From: Chlorobiota bacterium
GTDB taxonomy: Bacteria > Bacteroidota > Ignavibacteria > Kapaibacteriales > HRBIN21
Direction of reading: 5' to 3'
Length of the DNA stretch: 61,859 bases
NCBI GenBank assembly: GCA_039630485.1
Contig: JBCNUX010000006.1
Location: 1-61,859 of the forward strand
The position numbers and the translations under genes are program-made. Every line of letters begins with the position of its first letter. Position 1 is the first letter of the stretch. The notes under the pieces were generated by a model. The model was not told the origin of the DNA and did no database searches. It saw nothing but the letters and a program-made list of their open reading frames with translations. Positions 1 to 8,127 of this stretch are shown here, in pieces.

Positions 1-2135
1 GCCAGCGGGTTTTTGTCCACGCCGTAGATCGCGTGCGCGATGACCTGGCGGGTGGCCTCGCGGACGTGTTCGGGGGCGGGTTCGTCTTCGTCGGTGCGGA
101 TGCGGGCAAGCTCTTTGCCCAATCGGCGGGCGGCGGCCAGCAGGAAGTGCCCCGAACCGCAGGCGGGGTCGAGGATGCGCAGCGAGAGGATGGCGGCTTG
201 AGCGAGGAGCGAATAGCGAATGGCGGGTGGGGTTTGGGACCATATTACGGCGAGTTCTTCCGCCGTTGGAGGCTGCGTTCCGGTGAGGTGAGCTGCCTGC
301 CCAGGTGCTGCGGGTTGTCCAAGAGCGCCGACGTCGCTTCCGCCGGCAGAAGTCCCACCTGCTCGCTGATGGGCAGGAGCGTCTCCAGCTCTGTCCGGCT
401 CCCGTTGGCTTGGTGCGGGGACGGAAGGGTGCTCGCTGTGGGGCGGCGTCCCTCCGTCTGGGTGATGTTCGCCAGGATTGGGGCCGATGTGCGACGGAGC
501 TGGCTGCTCAGCCCGTGCGGTTCCTCCTTCGGCAGTCGTGCTGGGGGCCTGGAGGTGTTCCGGGCGATGGAGGCGGCTTGGTTCCGCGCCTCCGGACCTC
601 TGCAGTCGTTGGTGGGTGCGGCTGTGCCACTCCGCGAGGAGCTGTTCGAGGATTCGCCATGTGCCCTGCACGGCTTGCCACTCGGCATTGACCATCCGGC
701 GTGCTCCCTCCAGCCGTGCCTTGAGTACCGGCTCCAGGGTGCTCTGGATGAGCTCCTGCACGAGCTCGGGCGGGGTGTAGTAGGAGCCGGTCGTCTTGCG
801 CTCGGAGCCATGCGCCAGATGGAACACGGGAGTGGGGCCGGAGCAATCAATCTGCGGGTAGTAGTCGAGCAGGCTCTCGTAGACCGAGCCGAGTTCTTCG
901 ACGTCCAGGGCGGCGTAGTTGATGCGGCGCGGGGGGCTGGAGGACTGCTCCTGGTAGTAGGACAGGTGCCAGAAGGCCTCCAGGAGGTCGCGGTTGGTGA
1001 TGGAGTAGCGGTCTACGTCCAGCTCCCAGAAGAGCTCGCCGTCTAAGGCCGTGGCGCCGAGCAGGCGGGCGTAGTCTTCGGTGCGGAGTATGCTCCAGAG
1101 CGCCTTCAGGCTGCACCAGAGGTCGTCGTGGTCGGTGTAGGCGCTGCGGTGCTCCAGCAGCCGGCGGAGGCGGGAGACGCTGTAGTGCTCTCGGTAGAGC
1201 GGCTCGCGGCTGATGAGGCCGCGCTCTTCGGCGACGAGGAGGAAGAGGAAGCGGTAGACCAGGCGCAGCAGTTGTTGGTAGAGCTCCAGCGGGGTGAGCC
1301 GATCGGGCGGCGTGGCGTGGGGGCTCAGCCGACGGCGGAGCTCTTCGTTGGCGGGATGGGCCAGGAGGCCGTTTGCCAAGCCCTCGAGGCAGCGCTCTAC
1401 GCCGTCGCGCAAGCGTTCGCGCACGCGCCCGCCTTGCTCCAGCGCGTGCTGGTAGTACTGCTCGAGGAGGCATTCGCGCGCATCTGCGATAGAGTGCGGC
1501 AGCCGCGTGCGGTGGAGCAGCCGATAGAGGAGGGCGAACTCGTTGAAGCGGCGCTCTTCGAGGATTTGCCGGAGGTCGAACTCCACGTAGGCCTGGCGGC
1601 GGATGTAGGTGCTGTCGCGCAGCAGCCGTAGCGTGTAGCCGTTGGTGACGATGCCCCAGAGGTGTTCGGTGCGGTTCAGGAACTCCTGCAGCAAGGAGTG
1701 TGGGGCCAGGCGCGGCCGGCCGCTTGGGGGCACTCGGCCGAGGTCTTGGCGGGCTCCGACGATGTGGACCGGCGGGGCGTCGTCGTTGCTGCTGGCGCGG
1801 TGCGAGATGGCGTAGGTGGTGCCGTCGACGTCGTAGGCGCGGTGGTTGTAGTGGAGCTCGTAGCCGAGCAGGCTGAAGAAGGGGATGGCCCAGGAGTCGC
1901 GGGTTACGGACGTTGCCGGGTCGCTCTCCGGCAGGCGCTCGAGCCGGCGGCGGAAGAGCTCCCACTGGGCCTGGGCATCGGCGAAGGCGGAGGCGATCTC
2001 GTCCAGGAAGTTGCGCCGCCCGTCCAGACCGAAGTCCTGCGGGCGCTGTCCGGGGAGCTCGCTGGCCAGCAGCTCCTCCAGGATGTCCGGGCCGAAGAGG
2101 CCGCCTTCGATGCGGATGGCGGGGTAGGCGGTCAT
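1..2135 (-). CDS. N6-adenine DNA methyltransferase, type IIG / PglX / DrmMI-like; partial, continues past the left window edge
   Basis: The minus-strand frame is open from the ATG at 2135 to position 1. It is absent from the ORF track because no stop lies in the window. Hand translation gives MTAYPAIRIEGGLFGPDILEELLASELPGQRPQDFGLDGRRNFLDEIASAF..., then GSERKTTGSYYTPPELVQELIQSTLEPVL (about 720-810), and SAM-binding motif I ILDPACGSGHFLLAAARRLG (DPACGSGHF = 144-170). The ATG overlaps the helicase stop (ATGA, 2132-2135). There is a codon-phase anomaly at about 245-600 (see findings). Confidence 0.8.
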   Translation of the reverse strand, partial: MTAYPAIRIEGGLFGPDILEELLASELPGQRPQDFGLDGRRNFLDEIASAFADAQAQWELFRRRLERLPESDPATSVTRDSWAIPFFSLLGYELHYNHRAYDVDGTTYAISHRASSNDDAPPVHIVGARQDLGRVPPSGRPRLAPHSLLQEFLNRTEHLWGIVTNGYTLRLLRDSTYIRRQAYVEFDLRQILEERRFNEFALLYRLLHRTRLPHSIADARECLLEQYYQHALEQGGRVRERLRDGVERCLEGLANGLLAHPANEELRRRLSPHATPPDRLTPLELYQQLLRLVYRFLFLLVAEERGLISREPLYREHYSVSRLRRLLEHRSAYTDHDDLWCSLKALWSILRTEDYARLLGATALDGELFWELDVDRYSITNRDLLEAFWHLSYYQEQSSSPPRRINYAALDVEELGSVYESLLDYYPQIDCSGPTPVFHLAHGSERKTTGSYYTPPELVQELIQSTLEPVLKARLEGARRMVNAEWQAVQGTWRILEQLLAEWHSRTHQRLQRSGGAEPSRLHRPEHLQAPSTTAEGGTARAEQPAPSHIGPNPGEHHPDGGTPPHSEHPSVPAPSQREPDRAGDAPAHQRAGGTSAGGSDVGALGQPAAPGQAAHLTGTQPPTAEELAVIWSQTPPAIRYSLLAQAAILSLRILDPACGSGHFLLAAARRLGKELARIRTDEDEPAPEHVREATRQVIAHAIYGVDKNPL
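282..291. repeat. Perfect tandem 5-nt duplication GGTGA-GGTGA (CTCAC-CTCAC on the coding strand) inside the methyltransferase ORF
   Basis: Read directly from the sequence: cggtgaggtgagctg at 281-295. It lies at the downstream junction of the codon-phase switch. Confidence 0.9.
543..547. repeat. G5 homopolymer (C5 on the coding strand) inside the methyltransferase ORF
   Basis: Read directly from the sequence: ctgggggcct at 541-550. It lies at the upstream junction of the codon-phase switch. Confidence 0.85.
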
Positions 2136-5014
2136 GGCTCTACCATCGGCTGCAGCACCAGAACTCCCAGGAGGTCGGGCGGAAGCTGAGGGAGTACGGA
2201 TAGCCCACGCACGCGTAGGTCAACGGCCTGGCGGATGCGCTTGTGGGCCTCTTCCAGGTGATGAGCCCGCTCGTGGAGCTGCTTGCGCAGCTCGGCGTAC
2301 GGTCCTGAGCTCTGGTTCCAGGCGCGGTCGCCGGCTTGCCAATCGGCCCAGTGGTGGAGCGTCCGTTCGATGAGCTCCCGCTTCTCGGCAAGCGGGATGT
2401 TCGCATCGGGCTGGGCTTCCAGGAGGCGCAGTGCTGTGCTGCTATCGAGCCAGCGGAGGCCGTGTTGCGGGTCGCCGACGTAGCCCAGGACGAGGACCTC
2501 TTCCGAGAGTAGCGGCGGGGCGCCGGGCCGCTGGAGGAGGTAGCGCACGCGCAGGAGCAGCAGCGTGGTGAGCTCCTGGACTGCGCGGGTGCGGATGGCC
2601 CCACAGCGGGAGGCGACGGCACCGTTGGGTTGCGTCAGGGCCTGTTCCAGGAGGAAGCGTGCCAGTGCGGCCACAAACCGATGGTTGCGGCCTACGTACT
2701 CGGCCCCTTCAGGCGTGGGGGAGTCGAAGCCGATGAGCCAGTGCTTCTGCGGGTGGCGGGGTAGGGCGTAGCGGATGGGGTCCGGGAGATCCTCGAGGGC
2801 GTCGAGGGAGAGTGGGATGCGCCAGACGTTGGGCCGGCGCGGGTCCCGGGAGATGGGGAGCCCCAGGCGCTGGACCGCCCCCAGCACGAACTCGCGCACG
2901 GCTTCGGGGTCGCCCAGCACTGCGTCGGTTGCCTCCAGTTCGCGCTGGACCTCTTGGGGTTTGAGGGCCCGTTGGGCGAAGCGGGTGCGGTTGAGGCGCT
3001 CCCGCTCTGCATCGGACTCCCAGCGGCGATGGAGCTCGCTCACGTCGGGTAGCTCCAGCTCCAGTGCGAGCTGCTCTGAGCGCAGCCCGTGGCGGAAGAA
3101 GAGCGCCTGGAGGACCGCTTCCATGACGCTCTCGCTCTCTTCGGGCACGGGTACGTACGTGCCCAGCGTCCGGCGGATTTGGGCGGCTTTGTCGAGCAGC
3201 ACGCGGATGACGACGCCGTCGATGGGGTTGTTGCTCCCGAAGAAGCGCACGACCCGGACCACTTTCGCGGGCTGGCCGTAGCGGTCAACGCGGCCTTCGC
3301 GCTGCTCCAAGCGGTTGGGGTTCCAGGGGAGGTCGTAGTGGATGACGGCCGTGAAGTGCTCCTGCAGGTTCACGCCCTCCGAGAGGCAATCGGTGGCCAC
3401 CAGCACGCGGGGCCGATCGGGATCGAGCTCTCGGATGCGGCTCTGCCGCTCGTCGTCGCCCATCCGGCCTGTGATACAGAGGACCTGTACCTCTGGCGGC
3501 AGGACCGAGCGCAGGTGCTCGGCCACGTACTCGGCCGTGGCCACGTAGCGGCACCACAGGATGGGGTGGAAGCCTTCGGAGAGGAGCTCCTCCACGAGCT
3601 CCGCTGCCCGGCGCAGTTTGGCGTCGTGCTCCGGACCGCAGAGCCGTTCGGCCAGGCGGGCTAATTCGTGGAGTTGGCGTCGCTCGGATTCCGATAGCGT
3701 GCTCTCGGTTGCCTCCACAGGCGGCGTAGGGGATTCGTCCTCTGTGTAGTCTTCGGCCGACTCAAGGACGAAGGGTCGGAAGGCCAGGTCGGGGGAGTCT
3801 TCGTCCTCCGTGGGAAGCCCGATGCGGTTCGTGAGGGCCACAACGGCCGCTTTCGGGCTGGACATGACGCACCGCAGGAGTGCCAATGCGCCCCAGTAGC
3901 GCACGCGCCGTCTGCGCTCGTCCATGCGCTGGCCTGTCTGCACAAGCTCGGAGCAGAAGTCGTAGGTGCGCCAGAAGAGCTCCAGGTAGGGCCTCGAGAG
4001 CTCGTAGGTCGTGTCTATGGCTTCCCGCTTCGGGAAGGGGGGTGCGCTCTCCCAGTGCTGGAGGATGTCGGCCCGGGTACGCTGCACGAAGTGGTGGGCC
4101 AGCTCGGCGCGCTGTTCGTCGGTCAGCTCGGCAATGCTCCACTCGCCGAACTTGGGGTTCAGCAGCGCAAGGAGGGAGCGGAAGGCCTCCTCTACGCCGG
4201 AGTGCGGGGTGGCGGTCAGCAAGATGAGGTGGCGGTTGGGGTCCTTGGCAAGCTCCTTCAGCAGCGCGTGCCGCTCCTGCTGCAGACGTCCCTGTGCGGC
4301 CGCTGCGCCGTGCACTTCATCCACGATCACGAGCTCGGGGCAGAACTGCAGGAAGAGGTGGCGGTTGCGGTCGGTCTTCACGAAGTCGATGCTCGCCACC
4401 TGAACGGGGAAGTGCTCGTAGATGCTCTTGCCGGCGGGGACGAGCCGTTCCAGTTGGCTGACTGTGCCGGAGCGGATGACGACCGGCTCCAGGTTGAACT
4501 TCTGCGCGAGCTCGCTGGCCCACTGCTCGCAGAGGTAGGGCGGGCAGAGGACGCAGAGGCGGCGGATCTCTCCTCGGTCGAGGAGCTCGCGGGCGATGAG
4601 CAAGGCCTCGATGGTCTTCCCGACCCCGACGTCGTCGGCGATGAAGAGCCGCACCGGCTGGAGTCGCAGGGCCATGAGGAGCGGCACGAACTGGTAGACG
4701 CGGGGGCGGATGGAGATGCGGCCGAGCGAGCGGAAGGGTGCGGCGCCTTCGCGCAGCGTCAGGCGCGCCGCCTGCCAGAGGAGGCGCACGCTGGTTGCGT
4801 CCGAGATGCCGTCGGGGGTCGGAAGCGGGAATGTGGCCGACTCGATCCGTTCGGAAGGGAGTCTGTAGCCGAGGAGCTGGGACAGACGGCGGTGGACCTC
4901 CACGACCTCTTCCTCCAGGCCGGTCAAGGGCCGGAGGGCAATGATCTCGTCATGCCCGCTGGGCAGCACCACCCACTCCCGATTGCGGAAGCGTACGACG
5001 GTCCCTGGGTTCAT
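2132..5014 (-). CDS. SNF2 / DEAD-DEAH superfamily-2 helicase (DrmD-like), 960 aa
   Basis: The ORF-track protein carries motif I DDVGVGKTIEA, motif II VIVDEVH, motif III LLTATPHSG, and the C-terminal helicase motifs VLVATDCLSEGVNLQ and QREGRVDRYGQ. About 330 aa at the C-terminus match nothing I recognise. The stop overlaps the start of the methyltransferase. Confidence 0.9.
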   Translation of the reverse strand: MNPGTVVRFRNREWVVLPSGHDEIIALRPLTGLEEEVVEVHRRLSQLLGYRLPSERIESATFPLPTPDGISDATSVRLLWQAARLTLREGAAPFRSLGRISIRPRVYQFVPLLMALRLQPVRLFIADDVGVGKTIEALLIARELLDRGEIRRLCVLCPPYLCEQWASELAQKFNLEPVVIRSGTVSQLERLVPAGKSIYEHFPVQVASIDFVKTDRNRHLFLQFCPELVIVDEVHGAAAAQGRLQQERHALLKELAKDPNRHLILLTATPHSGVEEAFRSLLALLNPKFGEWSIAELTDEQRAELAHHFVQRTRADILQHWESAPPFPKREAIDTTYELSRPYLELFWRTYDFCSELVQTGQRMDERRRRVRYWGALALLRCVMSSPKAAVVALTNRIGLPTEDEDSPDLAFRPFVLESAEDYTEDESPTPPVEATESTLSESERRQLHELARLAERLCGPEHDAKLRRAAELVEELLSEGFHPILWCRYVATAEYVAEHLRSVLPPEVQVLCITGRMGDDERQSRIRELDPDRPRVLVATDCLSEGVNLQEHFTAVIHYDLPWNPNRLEQREGRVDRYGQPAKVVRVVRFFGSNNPIDGVVIRVLLDKAAQIRRTLGTYVPVPEESESVMEAVLQALFFRHGLRSEQLALELELPDVSELHRRWESDAERERLNRTRFAQRALKPQEVQRELEATDAVLGDPEAVREFVLGAVQRLGLPISRDPRRPNVWRIPLSLDALEDLPDPIRYALPRHPQKHWLIGFDSPTPEGAEYVGRNHRFVAALARFLLEQALTQPNGAVASRCGAIRTRAVQELTTLLLLRVRYLLQRPGAPPLLSEEVLVLGYVGDPQHGLRWLDSSTALRLLEAQPDANIPLAEKRELIERTLHHWADWQAGDRAWNQSSGPYAELRKQLHERAHHLEEAHKRIRQAVDLRVRGLSVLPQLPPDLLGVLVLQPMVEP

Positions 5015-5049
5015 CGCTCACTTCGGCGGCCTTGTCTCGGCGCGCTTGG

Positions 5050-5057
5050 CAAAGTTA
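5050..5057 (-). promoter_or_regulatory. Candidate Bacteroidota-type -7 promoter box TAACTTTG upstream of the helicase
   Basis: The plus strand reads caaagtta, so the minus strand reads TAACTTTG (TAnnTTTG). It sits 35 nt upstream of the helicase ATG at 5014. Confidence 0.35.
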
Positions 5058-5293
5058 TTCGCAAGCGGGGGCCCGTGAGGGCGAAGGAGCGGGTCCCGAT
5101 CGTGGTGCGGGGGTGGCTGGGGCTGTAGCGGTACCGCGAAGGCGTTCAGCACTGGAACTGTGGAGGTGGCCTTCGGGCCGCGCGGTGGTGCGCTTGCGAA
5201 GCGCCTCCGTCGTGGGCGAGGGAGACCGGATGCCGTGCCGATTGCATGCCCGGAAGTCAACTGCGGTCCCCGGCAGTGATAGCCCCCGGTCGG

Positions 5294-6280
5294 TTACAGC
5301 TCGTTGGCGGCCGGGAGGCCCTGCTCCCAGGCGTCCAGCGCGGCGATGGAGGTGGCGGCGATGTTCCGCAGGGCCTCTTCGGTCAGGAAGGCTTGGTGGC
5401 TCGTGATGAGCACGTTCGGGAAGGTCAGCAGGCGGGCGATGAGGTCGTCGGTGATGATGTCCTGGGAGTGGTCGTAGAAGAAGAGCCCGGCCTCCTCTTC
5501 GTAGACGTCTAGCCCGAGGTAGCCGATCTTGCGCTTCTTGAGCGCTTCGATGACGTCGCGGGTGTTCAGGAGTCCCCCGCGGGCGACGTTGATGATCATG
5601 ACGCCATCGGGCATGAGGGCGATTGTGTCGCGGTTGATGACGTAGCGCGTTTCAGGCGTCAGCGGGGCGCAGAGGACGATGATGCGGCTTTCTCGGCAGA
5701 GGCGTTCCAGCGGGACGTACTCCAGCCCGTACTGCTGGCAGAGCTCGGGGCGCTGGACCGGGTCACAGCCCAGCACACGGCAGCCGAACCCGTGGAGGAT
5801 GCGGACCAATGCGGAGCCGATCCGCCCGACCCCGAAGACGCCGACGGTCTTCCCGTGGAGGTCGAAGCCTACGAGGCCGTCGAGGGAGAAGTTCAGCTCG
5901 CGGACACGGTTGTAGGCGCGGATGAGCTTGCGGTTGAGCGCCAGGATCATGGCCACGGCATGCTCGGCAACGGCATACGGGGAGTAGTCGGGCACGTTGG
6001 CTACCCGCATGCCGAGCCGGTGGGCGTGCTCGATGTCAACGTGGTTGTACCCAGCCGAACGCAGCGCCAGGAAGCGGACTCCTTGGGCTGCTAGGACATC
6101 CAGCACGGGGGCCGAGCCGTCGTCGTTGGCGAAGAGCATGACAGCTGGACACCCTCGAGCGAAGGTGGCGGTGGAGACGTCCAGGCGATAGTCCAGGAAG
6201 AGGAGCTCGTGGCGTGAACCAGCCGCTTCGCGGAGATATGGGCGTTCGAAGTTGTGGGCAGAGTACACAGCAGCCTTCAT
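5294..6280 (-). CDS. ldhA: D-isomer-specific 2-hydroxyacid dehydrogenase (D-lactate dehydrogenase-like), 328 aa
   Basis: The protein begins MKAAVYSAHNFERPYL and carries the NAD-binding motif GVFGVGRIGSALV plus NVARGGL. I chose the internal ATG at 6280 (cat at 6278-6280) over the track start at 6397, because the extra 39 aa are P/R-rich and a TATTTTTG box lies 32 nt upstream of 6280. Confidence 0.85.
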   Translation of the reverse strand: MKAAVYSAHNFERPYLREAAGSRHELLFLDYRLDVSTATFARGCPAVMLFANDDGSAPVLDVLAAQGVRFLALRSAGYNHVDIEHAHRLGMRVANVPDYSPYAVAEHAVAMILALNRKLIRAYNRVRELNFSLDGLVGFDLHGKTVGVFGVGRIGSALVRILHGFGCRVLGCDPVQRPELCQQYGLEYVPLERLCRESRIIVLCAPLTPETRYVINRDTIALMPDGVMIINVARGGLLNTRDVIEALKKRKIGYLGLDVYEEEAGLFFYDHSQDIITDDLIARLLTFPNVLITSHQAFLTEEALRNIAATSIAALDAWEQGLPAANEL

Positions 6281-6312
6281 CGCAAGCCATAGCTTGTTGG
6301 CCCAACCAGGCT

Positions 6313-6320
6313 CAAAAATA
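6313..6320 (-). promoter_or_regulatory. Candidate -7 box TATTTTTG upstream of ldhA
   Basis: The plus strand reads caaaaata. It sits 32 nt upstream of the ATG at 6280. Confidence 0.4.
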
Positions 6321-6403
6321 TGGCAGGGCCGCGGTCGCGGCGTTGGGCCGTGTGCTCTGCGGGCTGACAGGAAGGGTGGGTCTCTTGCGGCAGGCAAAAG
6401 CCC

Positions 6404-6411
6404 TAAGTTTG
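6404..6411 (+). promoter_or_regulatory. Candidate -7 box TAAGTTTG upstream of paaN
   Basis: Exact TAnnTTTG match, 35 nt upstream of the ATG at 6447. Confidence 0.4.
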
Positions 6412-6446
6412 GGGCCGTGAGAAGTGGTACGGCTACAGGGATTGCG

Positions 6447-8120
6447 ATGGGTTGGGAGACGCTGGTGGAGAAGCACGCTGCGACGCTGCAGGCAGCGATG
6501 GAGGCTGTGCGCTCGCGCTCTTTCTTCGCCTACTGGGCAGAGGTGCCGAGTGGGAAGGTGTACGGCGAGACGGCGAACGAGGATGGGCGGCGGCGTTTCG
6601 AGGGGCTGTTGGGGAAGCGTTTCACGGAGCTACTGCAGGTGCACGATGGCTTCTGGGGTGGGCACGAGGTCTCCCCGTACGGACTCCCGCTGAAGGTGGA
6701 GTATCCCCGCACTGGGCTACGGGAGGCTGTGGAGCGGGCGCAGCGGGCGCAGCAGCAGTGGCAGCGGCTACCGGTGCGCCAGCGAGCGGCCGTATTGGTA
6801 GAGGCGCTGGAGCGGGGAGCGGCCGACTTCTTCACGATCGCTTACGCTACGATGCACACCACGGGACAGGGCTTCGTGATGTCGTTCCAGGCCTCTGGCC
6901 CGCATGCCTTCGATCGGGCGCTGGAGGCGGTGGCTACGGGCGTGCTGGCACTGGATGTGTTTGCGACGGAAGCCGTCTGGACGAAGCCGCTGGGTAAGGG
7001 AGAGGTGACGGTACGGAAGCGCTTCCGGGCGGTCCCCAAAGGGCTGGGGGCGGTCATCGGGTGCTCTACGTTCCCGCTCTGGAATGCGCTGCCGGGCGTC
7101 TTTGCGAACCTCGTCACGGGAAATGCCTGCCTGTGGAAGCCGCATCCGGCGGTCATCCTGCCGGTGGCGCTGTTCGTGGCGCGAGTCCAGCAGAGCTTGG
7201 ATGCGCTTGGGCTGGATCCGCACTTGCTCGTGCTGCTTTCGTGCACGCCGGAGCAGCCGTTGACGTGGGAGGTTGCGGAACACCCGGCCGTGCGGATTGT
7301 GGACTACACCGGCAGCCCGGCCTTTGGGGCAGAGCTGGAGCGCCGGCTCGGAGGGAAGGTGGTCTTCACGGAGAAGGCAGGGGTGAACTCTGTCGTCGTG
7401 CATTCGGTCGCCGACGTCGGGGCGGTGGTGGAGAACTTAGCCTTCAGCTTCTGCCTCTACAGCGGGCAGATGTGTACGGCGCCGCAGAACCTCTTCGTGC
7501 CCGAGGAGGGCGTGGGGACAGGCAACGGACGCCTGACATCGGAGGAGTTCGTGCAGCAGCTCCTCCAGGCCGTTGATGCCTTGGTGCAGAACCCCAAGGC
7601 AGGGCCACCGACGTTGGGAGCCATCCAGAACGAGCGGACTCTCCAACGCGTTCGAGAGGCGGAAGCCCTCGGGCTGCCCGTTCTGCGGGCGAGCACTCCA
7701 ATCCAGCATCCGGAGTTCCCGGAGGCGCGGACGGCTACGCCGCTGTTCTTGGAGGCCCGCTGGAGGGAGCATCGAGAGCTCTACGGACGGGAGTGGTTTG
7801 GCCCGATCGCGTTTGTGGTGCGGGTGCCCGACGCAGCGACGGCAGTTGCTGAAGTGGCCGATCTGGTGCGGAGTGCCGGCGCTCTGGTGACCTCGGTCTA
7901 CAGCACGGATCCGAACTTCCGGGAGCAAGCCGTGGAGAGTATTACCGCCGCAGGGGCGCCGGTAGCGCTCAACTTCACGGGGCCTATCTGGATCAACCAG
8001 TCGGCAGCCTACAGCGACTTCCACGGTGCGGGGGTCAATCCTGCAGGGAACGCCAGCTTCACAGACCTGGCGTACGTGGCGGCACGCTTCGGGATTGTGC
8101 ACGTTCGAGAAGTTGGGTAG
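6447..8120 (+). CDS. paaN: Phenylacetate-pathway ring-opening aldehyde dehydrogenase (PaaN-type), 557 aa
   Basis: The N-terminus MGWETLVEKHAATLQAAMEAVRSRSFFAYWAEVPSGKVYGETANEDGRRRFEGLLGK is characteristic of PaaN. The protein has an ALDH fold with the catalytic Cys context LYSGQMCTAPQN. I chose the internal ATG at 6447. Confidence 0.8.
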   Translation: MGWETLVEKHAATLQAAMEAVRSRSFFAYWAEVPSGKVYGETANEDGRRRFEGLLGKRFTELLQVHDGFWGGHEVSPYGLPLKVEYPRTGLREAVERAQRAQQQWQRLPVRQRAAVLVEALERGAADFFTIAYATMHTTGQGFVMSFQASGPHAFDRALEAVATGVLALDVFATEAVWTKPLGKGEVTVRKRFRAVPKGLGAVIGCSTFPLWNALPGVFANLVTGNACLWKPHPAVILPVALFVARVQQSLDALGLDPHLLVLLSCTPEQPLTWEVAEHPAVRIVDYTGSPAFGAELERRLGGKVVFTEKAGVNSVVVHSVADVGAVVENLAFSFCLYSGQMCTAPQNLFVPEEGVGTGNGRLTSEEFVQQLLQAVDALVQNPKAGPPTLGAIQNERTLQRVREAEALGLPVLRASTPIQHPEFPEARTATPLFLEARWREHRELYGREWFGPIAFVVRVPDAATAVAEVADLVRSAGALVTSVYSTDPNFREQAVESITAAGAPVALNFTGPIWINQSAAYSDFHGAGVNPAGNASFTDLAYVAARFGIVHVREVG

Positions 8121-8127
8121 GCGGGCC

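Noticed and set aside
33-2203. Many long track ORFs overlap the methyltransferase region: 33..1046 (+), 847..1965 (-), 1128..1631 (+), 1662..2189 (+) and several shorter ones.
   Set aside because: Their translations are Arg/Pro/Ala/Gly-rich strings with no recognisable motifs, which is typical of off-frame or antisense open frames in high-GC DNA. The frame starting at the ATG at 2135 carries the conserved methyltransferase segments. The only exception is the 245..600 part of ORF 245..850, which is treated as a finding.
2134-5128. Antisense and off-frame ORFs lie inside the helicase gene, for example 4055..5128 (+) at 357 aa, 3089..3664 (+) and 2140..2622 (-).
   Set aside because: They have no motifs and biased R/A/G/P composition. 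The 960-aa helicase frame explains the whole region.
5162-5208. Two adjacent GC hairpins (GGCC-TTCG-GGCC at 5168-5179 and GCGCTT-GCG-AAGCGC at 5190-5204) are enclosed by GGAGG...CCTCC. This could be the ldhA terminator or a small structured RNA.
   Set aside because: No U-tract follows on the minus (transcribed) strand. The stems are short and such GC palindromes are common at this GC content. I cannot support a terminator or an ncRNA call.
5015-5293. Small ORFs in the helicase-ldhA intergenic region (5018..5260 (-), 5032..5406 (+), 5246..5512 (+)) could have been extra small genes of the defence locus.
   Set aside because: Their translations are Pro/Arg-rich with no hydrophobic core or motifs, and they overlap each other in different frames. 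The region is better explained as a promoter/terminator spacer.
1-5293. The helicase-methylase block might be a compositionally distinct, horizontally acquired island.
   Set aside because: Hand counts of sampled 60-nt lines gave 63-68% G+C inside the block. Neighbouring core genes gave similar values (65% at 7201-7260, 70% at 10021-10080), and only the more distal regions were lower (50-60%). There is no clean step at the boundary. This needs a computed sliding-window GC and codon-usage comparison.
8121-8127. A glycine riboswitch was expected upstream of gcvT.
   Set aside because: Only 7 nt separate the paaN stop from the gcvT start, so there is no room for a riboswitch.
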